This document shows, piece by piece, positions 1-8,198 of a DNA stretch of 40,778 nucleotides. Numbering within the stretch: position 1 is the stretch's first letter; each line of letters opens with the position of its first letter. The notes under the pieces were generated by a model. That model was not told where the DNA came from. It worked only from the letters and a program-made list of their open reading frames with translations, and ran no database searches. A program made the translations under genes and the position numbers. Location of the stretch: the IMG/VR virus record IMGVR_UViG_3300033145_002495, positions 1 through 40,778 of that record. One strand, 5' to 3'. Source of the stretch: a virus (taxonomy: Duplodnaviria; Caudoviricetes).

Positions 1-52
1 AAGAAGCTCCCGAAGGTGATGGTGAAGAAGAAGAAACGGAAAATAAGGGAGA
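1..52. repeat. Terminal direct repeat (assembly overlap of a circular genome), left copy
   Basis: 1-52 is identical to 40727-40778, and an ORF reads in frame across the junction. Confidence 0.95.
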
Positions 53-78
53 CTGGGTGGGAGGACATAAACTTTAAA

Positions 79-225
79 GTCCTGACCTGCCAACTGGTTC
101 ACTCGGAGGATTGAAAGTCAGGGAATTTAAGTTATTAGAGGAATGTGTTTCTTTTAAGAAACCCCTCTGACTATATTACTTTTTAATCCCGTTCATCTTT
201 CTTTCTTTCGGTGAACCAGTTGGCA
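79..225 (+). ncRNA. Candidate structured RNA between the junction-spanning ORF and the DUF3008 gene
   Basis: Perfect 15-bp inverted repeat TGCCAACTGGTTCAC 88-102 / 211-225, inner hairpin about 135-170, competing stem CCTGAC 81-86 / GTCAGG 117-122. Confidence 0.5.
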
Positions 226-244
226 ATAAAATAAATACAAACTT

Positions 245-628
245 ATGCCAGCAAAATCTAAAAAACAACAAAAAGCAGCCGGAATGGCATTAGCAGCTAA
301 AAGAGGGGAAATTTCACCGAATAAACTGAAGGGTTCTGCGAAACAAATGTATAAATCAATGACCCAGAAACAATTGAAAGAATATGCTGAAACTAAAAGG
401 AAGGGATTGCCAACCAGAGTAAAGAAAAAGAAAAAAGGAGATAAAAAGAAAAAAAGAAAGAAAAGGAGAAGTAAAAAAAATCTCGGTTCTACTTACAGAT
501 TTGGAAAACCAAGAACTGATGCTGAAAGAAGAAAAAGACATAAAGCTCGTTTTGGAACTTCAAAATTGCCTCCTCGCGGAACTGGCAGAATGAGAGGTTT
601 AATTCGTCAGAAAGTTAAAGAACTATAA
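245..628 (+). CDS. DUF3008-like protein with a very basic C-terminal extension (putative DNA-binding or virion protein)
   Basis: N-terminus MPAKSKKQQKAAGMALAAKRGE...MTQKQLKEYAETKRKGLP matches my recollection of the DUF3008 pattern; poly-K/R tail. Confidence 0.75.
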   Translation: MPAKSKKQQKAAGMALAAKRGEISPNKLKGSAKQMYKSMTQKQLKEYAETKRKGLPTRVKKKKKGDKKKKRKKRRSKKNLGSTYRFGKPRTDAERRKRHKARFGTSKLPPRGTGRMRGLIRQKVKEL

Positions 629-645
629 TCTAAAATTAGCTAATT

Positions 646-698
646 AAAAAGAGAACCCAATCGGATTATTTGGAGGAAATCCTTTGGGTTCTCTTTTT
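646..698. terminator. Bidirectional intrinsic terminator between the convergent late and early arms
   Basis: AAAAAGAGAACCCAA / TTGGGTTCTCTTTTT stem flanked by A and T tracts, between convergent stop codons. Confidence 0.8.
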
Positions 699-713
699 CT
701 TTCTTAAAAGATA

Positions 714-869
714 TTATCCTGTAAATTCTTTATCAAGCTGATGTCCGCCAATCCAATGGGATTTCTTTTTTTTCTTAGCTGCTCTTGCTTTCTCTAAATT
801 CTTTAAAGCTTTTGCTTTCTGTTCTGCAGTCAATGGTTTGCGTGGTTTCTTGTTTCTTTTTTGGGCCAT
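714..869 (-). CDS. 51-aa basic micro-protein MAQKRNKKPRKPLTAEQKAKALKNLEKARAAKKKKKSHWIGGHQLDKEFTG (missed by the ORF track)
   Basis: ATG at 869, 7 nt after the stop of the upstream gene; TAA at 714-716 just before the terminator. Confidence 0.75.
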   Translation of the reverse strand: MAQKRNKKPRKPLTAEQKAKALKNLEKARAAKKKKKSHWIGGHQLDKEFTG

Positions 870-876
870 CTTAAAA

Positions 877-1299
877 TTACTCTTTTTCTATTTCTTCTAA
901 TTTGGGACCGACCTTTTTTTCAATATCTTTAATAACTTTCTCTGGAATCATTTCAGTTGGTTTAACAAAACCTTTTTGAGGAATTCCACTAACTGGCACC
1001 ATTTTATTTTTTCCCATTTCAGCATCAATTTGTTTTTGTTTAGCCGCCATTTCCAAAGCCATTTTAGATGCTTCTATATTCATTTTAGCTTGAGCTTCCA
1101 TAGAAGGTTTAGCTCCAGAAGGAAACATTATTGTATCCCATTGAACTGGACTATTACATTCCATACAACGCATTTTAGTAATATCTATTTTATTCATATC
1201 AGGAAATGGTCTCTCAATAGAAAATTTAAAAGCACATTTAGAACAACGGAGATGGAAAGTATAAGATTTTACTTCTTCCTTTTCTTTATTTTTTGCCAT
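877..1299 (-). CDS. Zinc-ribbon hypothetical protein
   Basis: CSKC...CMEC pairs; tightly packed in the operon. Confidence 0.7.
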   Translation of the reverse strand: MAKNKEKEEVKSYTFHLRCSKCAFKFSIERPFPDMNKIDITKMRCMECNSPVQWDTIMFPSGAKPSMEAQAKMNIEASKMALEMAAKQKQIDAEMGKNKMVPVSGIPQKGFVKPTEMIPEKVIKDIEKKVGPKLEEIEKE

Positions 1300-1681
1300 A
1301 TTTTTCTTTGTGTAAATCTACAAGTAAAAATGCTATATCGCTTGCTGTCTTTTCAGTAAAATCGTGGCTATACTCTCTCTTTACCATATTTGCTAATTCC
1401 CAAATAAAGAGATGACCAATTTCGTGAGCAATAGTATATTTTAACCAGAGAATTTGTCTTTCATTTAAACTGGGGATTTCTTCAAAAAGCGATTGATAAA
1501 TATAGAAGTCAATTTTTCTTGTAGTGGGTTCAAAAAAAATACTAAAATGACCCCCTGCTTCATTTTCTTTTTCTTTCATTATATGGAAACTATAAACTAC
1601 ATCGTGAGGAAAAAAGGTTGTCAGCTCTACAAATAATTGTTTAGTTTTAGCCAATATCTTTTCTTTTTTTGTTTTTTTCAT
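1286..1681 (-). CDS. HExxH zinc metallopeptidase-like protein
   Basis: TIAHEIGH motif followed by a downstream E (TEKTAS), as in ImmA/IrrE-like zincins. Confidence 0.65.
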   Translation of the reverse strand: MKKTKKEKILAKTKQLFVELTTFFPHDVVYSFHIMKEKENEAGGHFSIFFEPTTRKIDFYIYQSLFEEIPSLNERQILWLKYTIAHEIGHLFIWELANMVKREYSHDFTEKTASDIAFLLVDLHKEKYGKK

Positions 1682-1941
1682 AGTAATCTTCTTTGTTGTT
1701 TCTTGGGATTCCAGTTAAAATAAATAAGATAATGATATTCCGGGGGGTCAGAAAATTTATCAAGCACTGGTTTTTCTGACCTTGCGATAACTCTATCTGT
1801 TAATTCTTCATAGGGAATTTCCATTATATCGTGTTCCACTCGGATTAAAATTCCTTCTTTTTTTGTTTTTGCTAACCAGTAATATTTATCACGGATTCCT
1901 ACTTGTCCGTGCCAAATTGACTTGACATTTACTTCAATCAT
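1678..1941 (-). CDS. Hypothetical protein
   Basis: ATGA overlaps with both neighbours. Confidence 0.7.
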   Translation of the reverse strand: MIEVNVKSIWHGQVGIRDKYYWLAKTKKEGILIRVEHDIMEIPYEELTDRVIARSEKPVLDKFSDPPEYHYLIYFNWNPKKQQRRLL

Positions 1942-2174
1942 AATTTCAGTATTTTTTCAATTTCCGCTTTATCCATTTTTTTATTGAGTTTAGCATTGAT
2001 AGTCTGATAAATTCTTGGCATTTCTTCAATAATAACATTTTCTTTCTTAAGAATTTCTATAATCTGGTCAGCAATTTTTTCAAATCTTTTTTGTTCTTCT
2101 TCGGCAATTTGTTTAGCCCGAATTTGAGCAGGGTCTATAATACCAGCGAAGGGTTTTTTAAATGGTTTTTCCAT
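1938..2174 (-). CDS. Hypothetical helical protein
   Basis: Operon packing, ATGA overlap. Confidence 0.65.
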   Translation of the reverse strand: MEKPFKKPFAGIIDPAQIRAKQIAEEEQKRFEKIADQIIEILKKENVIIEEMPRIYQTINAKLNKKMDKAEIEKILKL

Positions 2175-2460
2175 AAATTGAAATTATTTTAAAATTTTTA
2201 TTTACTTTATCATAACCCCAAATTTCAGAATAAACAGGAAGAGCTTTCCTTCTTACTTTCTTTTCTCTTGTTCTTATGTTAGAAAGAGTGGTTAATTGAA
2301 TAAAAAGGATGTTTCCGTTTGTTTTATTTACTGCCAAAATATCATAACATCCAAAAATATCACTCTCTTTTGCCCAGCGGGATTTTTGAGGATACCAGCA
2401 CAAAAAATCTTCTTTGTTTAATATCTCTATTGCTTTTTTTCTGATTAAAGCTTCTTTCAT
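2158..2460 (-). CDS. PD-(D/E)XK nuclease, Holliday-junction resolvase-like
   Basis: E..I...A...L, DIFGCYDILAV, ILFIQLTT pattern of small Hjc/VRR-NUC-like nucleases. Confidence 0.6.
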   Translation of the reverse strand: MKEALIRKKAIEILNKEDFLCWYPQKSRWAKESDIFGCYDILAVNKTNGNILFIQLTTLSNIRTREKKVRRKALPVYSEIWGYDKVNKNFKIISIYGKTI

Positions 2461-2462
2461 TT

Positions 2463-2642
2463 TTATAATTTAGCTTTTAAACAATATCCGCAGTTGTGGC
2501 AATAATAACCAATAATCCTTTCAGAGTAAGGTTGCTCTTTTCTGGTATGGGTCATAATACCTTTTACTACCACTTCCCAAGTAAGCCGACCTTTACATTG
2601 GGGACAATTAAACCACTTAACTTTTAGGTAATTTTTGTTCAT
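2463..2642 (-). CDS. Zinc-ribbon hypothetical protein
   Basis: CPQC...CHNC; ATG at 2642 preferred over TTG at 2657. Confidence 0.6.
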   Translation of the reverse strand: MNKNYLKVKWFNCPQCKGRLTWEVVVKGIMTHTRKEQPYSERIIGYYCHNCGYCLKAKL

Positions 2643-2675
2643 ATAATAACTTGACAAATTTCTTAATTGGTGTTA

Positions 2676-2900
2676 TCATAAATCTTCGTCTTCTTGCCCT
2701 ATAATTTCCGCTTCGCCTAATTCTAAATAAAGATAGGGGAAAGGACTTTTAAATGGGATTGGGGTGACTCCTGCTATCTTTTTACATTTTCTTTGTTTTG
2801 TTTTTGCTAATCCTCTCTTTTCTACATCTAATCGTTCCTTCTGAATTTCTAAATATAATTTATCTAAAATTCTATGTAATTCTTTTGGTGCTTTTTTCAT
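2676..2900 (-). CDS. Hypothetical protein
   Basis: Starts 2 nt after the upstream stop. Confidence 0.6.
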   Translation of the reverse strand: MKKAPKELHRILDKLYLEIQKERLDVEKRGLAKTKQRKCKKIAGVTPIPFKSPFPYLYLELGEAEIIGQEDEDL

Positions 2901-2902
2901 AT

Positions 2903-3922
2903 TTATGGTTTAGTTTTTTCTTTTGCTTCACCTTTAATTTTCTCTTTTAGCTGGTTATTCTTTTCTTTTAACTCATTCTCGTATTTGTCTTTCCATTCGT
3001 CAACAGATTTCATTCCTGTCATTAGGGTAAAATACTGCGAACGAGCTATTTCCCAATTGAAATCAAAACAACCTTCAATCACATATTTCTTTTTGTTAAA
3101 TTGAAATCTAAATTTTTTATAGGGGTCAAAAATAATATTATCTGGTTTAGGGGGTTCTTGCTTATTGAAAATATAATAACTCATTTGTTCTCTATCTTCC
3201 TCAAACGCTTTATTTAATTTTTCGTCATTAAGATAAATAGGAAACTCTGCGGTCATTAAATCGTCTTTACTAACATAAAGTATTCTTCCTTCGGGTATGT
3301 TGTTTGCTTTAAGATAAGCAAAACACTGGAGACGATGATGAGGATATGCTTCGGTAAGATAATCTTTTTTGTTCCAAAAAGCAAGGGAATTAATACTTTT
3401 GATTTCATAGAGTAAGGTCGGTAATCCATCGGGATAATTTTCTTGTAAAAATTTCGCCATCATTAAAGTTCTTTCGGTCACGAAATCGGAAAAATTCATT
3501 ATATGGCATTGTCTTTCTGTTTGTTCAATATCTACTTTACCTCCGGCTAAAACATCATAACTACCTAAAACCTTGAGAGCTTTTTCGGTAGCTGGAATAA
3601 TAGAATACTGTTTTTTTCCCTCTTTATCTGGGTCATCTTGGGAGTTAATAAAAATTCCTAATGCCTTAAAAACATTTTTCATTAAGTGGTGAAATTCATC
3701 TCCGGCTGAAAAGATACGCAGAACTCTATCTTCAAAAGGATTAGTTGGTTCTATTCCCATCATTTTCTGATACCGGCTCCAGTAATCTTTTCCCAAATCA
3801 GCCGGACTAATATAATCCCTTACTTTTGGAGGATAGCGTTTAGTCAAACCAAGCATTTGATTCCAGAAACCCATTACACTCCATTTTAATTCTTTATTAT
3901 TTTGATTGTTTGGATTTTCCAT
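2903..3922 (-). CDS. PD-(D/E)XK exonuclease (Cas4/RecB-like recombination nuclease)
   Basis: ISPADLG, G...H, GSYD, YEIKS, H.LQ...Y and LYVSKD motifs. Confidence 0.75.
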   Translation of the reverse strand: MENPNNQNNKELKWSVMGFWNQMLGLTKRYPPKVRDYISPADLGKDYWSRYQKMMGIEPTNPFEDRVLRIFSAGDEFHHLMKNVFKALGIFINSQDDPDKEGKKQYSIIPATEKALKVLGSYDVLAGGKVDIEQTERQCHIMNFSDFVTERTLMMAKFLQENYPDGLPTLLYEIKSINSLAFWNKKDYLTEAYPHHRLQCFAYLKANNIPEGRILYVSKDDLMTAEFPIYLNDEKLNKAFEEDREQMSYYIFNKQEPPKPDNIIFDPYKKFRFQFNKKKYVIEGCFDFNWEIARSQYFTLMTGMKSVDEWKDKYENELKEKNNQLKEKIKGEAKEKTKP

Positions 3923-3977
3923 TGATAATTATATTTTTCTTCATAGTTAATTTGTTAGACCTTTAATTTTTAGCCGA

Positions 3978-4163
3978 TTATTCAATTTCTACTACCCCGA
4001 GATTTCTAATCTCATCTACAATTTCGTATTTCTCTAACTTGATTTTTTCAACTGCCTTTAAAGCATCCTCTGCTAAAACATTTATTCTCCGACAGTGGCT
4101 AGAATACCCACCATCATCTTCGTAAGCTATTGTGATTTCGTATAATTTTTGGATTGGTGTCAT
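3978..4163 (-). CDS. Hypothetical protein
   Basis: ORF with A-rich leader and upstream AAAGGTC motif. Confidence 0.6.
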   Translation of the reverse strand: MTPIQKLYEITIAYEDDGGYSSHCRRINVLAEDALKAVEKIKLEKYEIVDEIRNLGVVEIE

Positions 4164-4195
4164 ACTTTTTTATTTACTTTAATTTATTTAGACCT

Positions 4196-4348
4196 TTAAT
4201 TTTTAATCCCCGATTTTTTAACCCTTGCTAAAAATTCTTCTAAGATTGCCAATCTCTTTACCTTAAAATATAAATCCCAATCCCAATTTACCTTGAACTT
4301 TAATGGCTTGAAATAATTTTTGGGGATTTTAATATATTTTTTCTTCAT
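4196..4348 (-). CDS. 50-aa hypothetical protein beginning MKKKYIKIPK (missed by the ORF track)
   Basis: Open frame that fills the gap between neighbours. Confidence 0.5.
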   Translation of the reverse strand: MKKKYIKIPKNYFKPLKFKVNWDWDLYFKVKRLAILEEFLARVKKSGIKN

Positions 4349-4523
4349 ATTTTTTAGCCCGCCGATTTTTTAATAAGATTTTAATTCTTTCTTCAATACT
4401 CATAACTTTATGAGGTTCAGTTTGCCAAAAATCTTTTTGGCATTTTCTACAACAATTATAACTAATACCATCAAGAGTATATCCCCTATTTTTTAATTCT
4501 TTTTTACAAATTCTACATTTCAT
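4329..4523 (-). CDS. Zinc-finger hypothetical protein
   Basis: MKCRIC...CCRKC. Confidence 0.6.
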   Translation of the reverse strand: MKCRICKKELKNRGYTLDGISYNCCRKCQKDFWQTEPHKVMSIEERIKILLKNRRAKKYEEKIY

Positions 4524-4619
4524 ATCTCAACCCTCAAACCTCTTTTAGGATTTCTTTTTTGTTTTCTTCTTTCATAAGGGTGGGGGGGGTTTTTTGGTTG
4601 GGGGGTGGGCATAAGTTTA

Positions 4620-5177
4620 CTACTTTAATTTTGGTTCAACTATTATTTTATAAAATCGCCAAATATGTGTTTCTATAATTCCCAAACATCTCTCTCCCCT
4701 ACATTGCCTGGCTATTTTTATAGATTTAGGAAAGCTTTTAATCAATAACCAAATCTGTTTTATTTCTTTCTTCATAAGGTTAGGGGGTTGGGTTAAAAAT
4801 TCTGGGTTCTCGTAGATGCTACCGATGACTTCTAATTTAGTTCTGTCAAAATCCCATAAAATAAATCCTCCTGCCTTCCAACATCCAAATTGAAATACTA
4901 CTTCAACACCTCTTTTGTCATTCCACTTTACAATATCCCCCTCGTATATCTCAACTCCATTTTTATCTTTGAGACCTGTGTATTGCATTAAAGGATAATC
5001 AGAATAAAATTGAAGCCAAGAAAAAAACATTGATAGTTTATTAAAAATTGTTTTATTAAAAGCTTTTGTTCCAAATTTATCAGAATAAACCATCTCTTTT
5101 TCATTTTTATCCCACGCTCGGAACTTTATTGGTCTTTGGGTCATACTTTTATTTAAGGTTTTGGGTTGGGGGGTCAT
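4620..5177 (-). CDS. YopX-family protein, apparently fused in frame to a short downstream gene; likely start at 5144
   Basis: IKFRAWD, LMQYTGLKDKNGVEIYEGDIV and LEVIGSIYENPE are YopX hallmarks; extra tail begins at an internal ATG at 4775. Confidence 0.9.
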   Translation of the reverse strand: MTPQPKTLNKSMTQRPIKFRAWDKNEKEMVYSDKFGTKAFNKTIFNKLSMFFSWLQFYSDYPLMQYTGLKDKNGVEIYEGDIVKWNDKRGVEVVFQFGCWKAGGFILWDFDRTKLEVIGSIYENPEFLTQPPNLMKKEIKQIWLLIKSFPKSIKIARQCRGERCLGIIETHIWRFYKIIVEPKLK

Positions 5178-5181
5178 AGGT

Positions 5182-5619
5182 TCAATTAGGTTTCCGCCAA
5201 AAGCCCGTCCAATAAGTAGAAGAACTTTTCAATCCTTTTTTTCTTACTCTAATAAGAAAAGGTCTTCTTCCATAACCAACCACTATTCCTTTATCTTTTG
5301 GCTTACAAACTTTATTTTGAATAGCCCATTTAGTAGGAATTACTTTATCTCCAATTTCTAATTTGTTCCCCTCTTCTTCAAACGCCCGATGTAAAAGCCA
5401 ATAAGTATAAGGGTCATATTGAGCTACTTTTTCATAGTCTATTTCTGGCATTTCTTTAATGTTCTTTTCAAGCAACCGAATCGCATCTTCTAATTCTTGA
5501 AATCTTTTCTTAATAATTCTTTGTTTTTGAGGTGTTAAAATGATATTATCGGTAAATAATTTCTTTATTCCTTTTTTAATTTTCTTTTCTTTCTTCATAA
5601 GTATGTTTAAGATAATCAT
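5182..5619 (-). CDS. Hypothetical protein with possible SH3-like C-terminus
   Basis: LEIGDKV...GIVVG...IRV pattern; true start probably at MKKEKK. Confidence 0.6.
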   Translation of the reverse strand: MIILNILMKKEKKIKKGIKKLFTDNIILTPQKQRIIKKRFQELEDAIRLLEKNIKEMPEIDYEKVAQYDPYTYWLLHRAFEEEGNKLEIGDKVIPTKWAIQNKVCKPKDKGIVVGYGRRPFLIRVRKKGLKSSSTYWTGFWRKPN

Positions 5620-5860
5620 TATCTTTGTTTGTTTCTATCTTTTTTCCCGCCGACAAAGTATATGTCTTTTTTTGAATTATTGGTGGCTTTTTTTCTCTAA
5701 CAAATTTCATCGGTTTTCTTTTTCCTTTTTTAACCCAGATTGTAACAATTTCTCCTTCTTTATTAACTTCCCATTCAAGTTTTATGGGTTCCCATTTAAT
5801 GGGTTTTTTCTTAATTTTATTTACAAAATCCCAAAATTTATTTTTCTTTTTTTTCTTCAT
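5576..5860 (-). CDS. Basic hypothetical protein
   Basis: Preceded by the C-rich CCCTTATG leader. Confidence 0.55.
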   Translation of the reverse strand: MKKKKKNKFWDFVNKIKKKPIKWEPIKLEWEVNKEGEIVTIWVKKGKRKPMKFVREKKPPIIQKKTYTLSAGKKIETNKDNDYLKHTYEERKEN

Positions 5861-5872
5861 AAGGGTAGTGGG

Positions 5873-6151
5873 TTAGTTCTCCTCTAAACATTTATCACAC
5901 CAATCTGTTAATTTGCTTTCTTTTTTCCCCCCGCAATTTAAACATCTTTTGCCTTCTGTGAATTCTTTTATGATTTCTTGACGAACTTTTTGAATTAAGA
6001 CGAGGATTAGGTCAGCAAATTCTTTTCTTGTTTCTAAAGAAGCTTCTGCCTTTTCAATTTCAGTGGTTCTTTCTGGTTCCAAATCTGTGCTTGCCCATTC
6101 AAATTTTTCTAATATCTCCACTATTTTATTTCGCAGTTGTTGGGGGGTCAT
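5873..6151 (-). CDS. Hypothetical protein with C-terminal zinc ribbon
   Basis: CLNC...CDKC; start moved to MTPQQLRNK, 2 nt after the upstream stop. Confidence 0.6.
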   Translation of the reverse strand: MTPQQLRNKIVEILEKFEWASTDLEPERTTEIEKAEASLETRKEFADLILVLIQKVRQEIIKEFTEGKRCLNCGGKKESKLTDWCDKCLEEN

Positions 6152-6153
6152 AG

Positions 6154-6318
6154 TTAATTGTAATTGATTGCAATAAACCCCGCAATTTGTTTTTGGGTTT
6201 TCTTTTCTCTTAATTCTTTCCAAATTCTTCCAGTTTCTTCATCCATACAAATTTGAAGTTCTATTTCTTTTGATAAAGAAATAGGATAGTAAATTATTTT
6301 TTTCTTTTTTTTCTTCAT
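6154..6318 (-). CDS. Small hypothetical protein
   Basis: Start at AATAAAAGT-ATG, the same leader as the YopX gene. Confidence 0.5.
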   Translation of the reverse strand: MKKKKKKIIYYPISLSKEIELQICMDEETGRIWKELREKKTQKQIAGFIAINYN

Positions 6319-6322
6319 ACTT

Positions 6323-6808
6323 TTATTTAGTTTTTTCGGTTGGGGGTGGAACATTTTCTTCAAAAATTTGAAGCAATTGACCTAATTCGTAAGGGAAAAA
6401 TAACTCTATTTCTCTTTCTCCGCCCATTGGTAATACTTGTTTAATTTTATTATTTTCCAGAATTCTCTTAAGGAATTTCGCTTTATCATCTGAAATTTCT
6501 ATTTCTTTATTTTTTTCATTAGCAATCAAAATTCCCAATTCAGTCGTCCAAAATGCTTCTTTGTTATGAAGAAGTGGAAATTTAGTAGAAAGAATAGTAA
6601 GCAAATAATCTCTAACTTCCAATTCTTTCTTAATAGTTTGAGGAATATTGGTTTTCTTTTTTTCTTTTTCTGAAAGAGCTTCATACTCTGGATTAGCTAT
6701 TTCAGCCGTAACTGGTGTGCCTTTAACAGTTAAGATTTTTTTAGTAAGATTTATTTTCACCATTTTCTTGAGCCATAAACAACCCAGCAGTAAGTTGAAT
6801 AACATCAT
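6323..6808 (-). CDS. Hypothetical protein (likely start MVKINL)
   Basis: Long ORF in the operon. Confidence 0.65.
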   Translation of the reverse strand: MMLFNLLLGCLWLKKMVKINLTKKILTVKGTPVTAEIANPEYEALSEKEKKKTNIPQTIKKELEVRDYLLTILSTKFPLLHNKEAFWTTELGILIANEKNKEIEISDDKAKFLKRILENNKIKQVLPMGGEREIELFFPYELGQLLQIFEENVPPPTEKTK

Positions 6809-7127
6809 ATTCCAGCATTAATTGTTCTAACTTCTTTCTAAATTCTTCTGAACGTTGCTGGAATTGGATAACTTCGGCTGGGGTTTTTGGCTTTCCAAGT
6901 GTTAATTCCCCTGACCAAAAAGTAAATTTTCTTTTGGGAGAGGGGGTAGCGACCTTTGTTTGAGAAGTGGTTTCAAATTTTTGGTTAAGAGTTTCTATTG
7001 CTTCTTGGAGATTAGCAAGAATAGTATCTCTTTCATTGAGTTGTTTTTGAAGGTCAGTAATTGCCTTATTGACCATTTCAAAATAGTCTTTATCAACTTC
7101 TATTTTTTCTTTTTTATCTTTTGCCAT
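6741..7127 (-). CDS. Coiled-coil hypothetical protein
   Basis: Heptad pattern AITDLQKQLNERDTILANLQEAIETLNQK. Confidence 0.65.
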   Translation of the reverse strand: MAKDKKEKIEVDKDYFEMVNKAITDLQKQLNERDTILANLQEAIETLNQKFETTSQTKVATPSPKRKFTFWSGELTLGKPKTPAEVIQFQQRSEEFRKKLEQLMLEYDVIQLTAGLFMAQENGENKSY

Positions 7128-7226
7128 AATTTCTTTAGTGGTTTTTGAATAAATTCTTCAAATAAACCAAAAATTGTTGTATATTTCCATAGCCATTCCA
7201 TAAGTTCTTTTCTTTTTTGGATTTTT

Positions 7227-7436
7227 TCATTTTCTTCCATCTTTTTGAAGGTATTTTTTAATTATTTGTTTGTGCCGGCAATTCCTTCTAAAAGACCCAG
7301 CCGGACAATTACAATCTAATTTCCCATTTGAAAGTAATTCAACTATCCAATAACAAAGGACTTCACCGGTATCTGGATTTTTACGTTTGCTGGGGACTTT
7401 AAATTTTTTTATCGGGACAGCTAACTTAATTTTCAT
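7227..7436 (-). CDS. SWIM zinc-finger protein
   Basis: VPS...Y.V...LDCNCPAGSFRRNCRH (CxC...CxH). Confidence 0.8.
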   Translation of the reverse strand: MKIKLAVPIKKFKVPSKRKNPDTGEVLCYWIVELLSNGKLDCNCPAGSFRRNCRHKQIIKKYLQKDGRK

Positions 7437-7799
7437 TTATTCTTCAACAACTGGGATTTCTTCTTCTGGAGTTTCTGGAACAGAGTTTTCGGGGTGTAAA
7501 AAAATGACATCTTTGGTTTTGTCAAAGACACGCTGTCTTACTATTTCTACTCTTACTTTTTTATTTATCCAATTCTTGCTATCATCTCCCCACGCTTGAA
7601 TTAACTCCTTTTGGGATGTAGGGTTCATTGAAAGGTTCTTTTCCTCTCCAGAAGGGATTTTAACTCTAAAAGTAAGCACTTCTCGGTTGGGGTCTTGGGG
7701 AAGTTTTCGGTATTCTCCCTCGTTCAAAATAGTTATTAAATCCCCATCTTGAACATCAACCTTTGGCATTACAAAATCACTTGGTGGCTTGATTTTCAT
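7437..7799 (-). CDS. Putative OB-fold ssDNA-binding or recombination protein
   Basis: Beta-rich, with LIQAWGDDSKNWINKKV and an acidic tail EEEIPVVEE typical of phage SSB-like proteins. Confidence 0.55.
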   Translation of the reverse strand: MKIKPPSDFVMPKVDVQDGDLITILNEGEYRKLPQDPNREVLTFRVKIPSGEEKNLSMNPTSQKELIQAWGDDSKNWINKKVRVEIVRQRVFDKTKDVIFLHPENSVPETPEEEIPVVEE

Positions 7800-7834
7800 T
7801 TTATTATTTAATAATTAAAAATTAAATTAGTAAT

Positions 7835-8197
7835 CTACGACCTTTCTTTTTTGGCAATTTTTTTTGCTCCACCTATCAATTGAAATATCCTAATACTTTT
7901 AATATCTACTTCTTCTCTTTTCAATAATTTCTTTACTTCTTTGTAAAGTTCTCGCCGGTTCTTACAGAAAATAACTGGGTCTTTCTCAACAGCATAAAAA
8001 ATTGCGTATTTGGCTTTGGCGGGCGAACCCTTATCTACTTCTATTGTATCTTTTCCTTTACCATCACCACGATAAGTAAAATCATTGTAATCTAATCCAT
8101 ATTCGCCCCAAGTTCTAATATCTTCTCCAAAATCAACTCCAATATCCCAATTTCCGGCAGTAGTGTTTGTGGTAATGGTAGCTGTCCAAATATCCAT
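7835..8197 (-). CDS. Hypothetical protein
   Basis: Operon packing. Confidence 0.6.
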   Translation of the reverse strand: MDIWTATITTNTTAGNWDIGVDFGEDIRTWGEYGLDYNDFTYRGDGKGKDTIEVDKGSPAKAKYAIFYAVEKDPVIFCKNRRELYKEVKKLLKREEVDIKSIRIFQLIGGAKKIAKKERS

Positions 8198-8198
8198 T

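Noticed and set aside
1-52. Biological terminal repeat or att site
   Set aside because: Its length and position inside a continuous ORF fit an assembler overlap of a circular contig
356-541. Antisense shadow ORFs (also 976-1359, 5161-5361, 5540-5887, 6960-7148, 14273-14557, 16970-17416, 39888-40073 and similar)
   Set aside because: F/S/L-rich mirror translations of A-rich genes on the opposite strand
2903-3922. CRISPR-associated Cas4
   Set aside because: No cas genes or array nearby and no Fe-S cysteine cluster; better explained as a phage recombination nuclease
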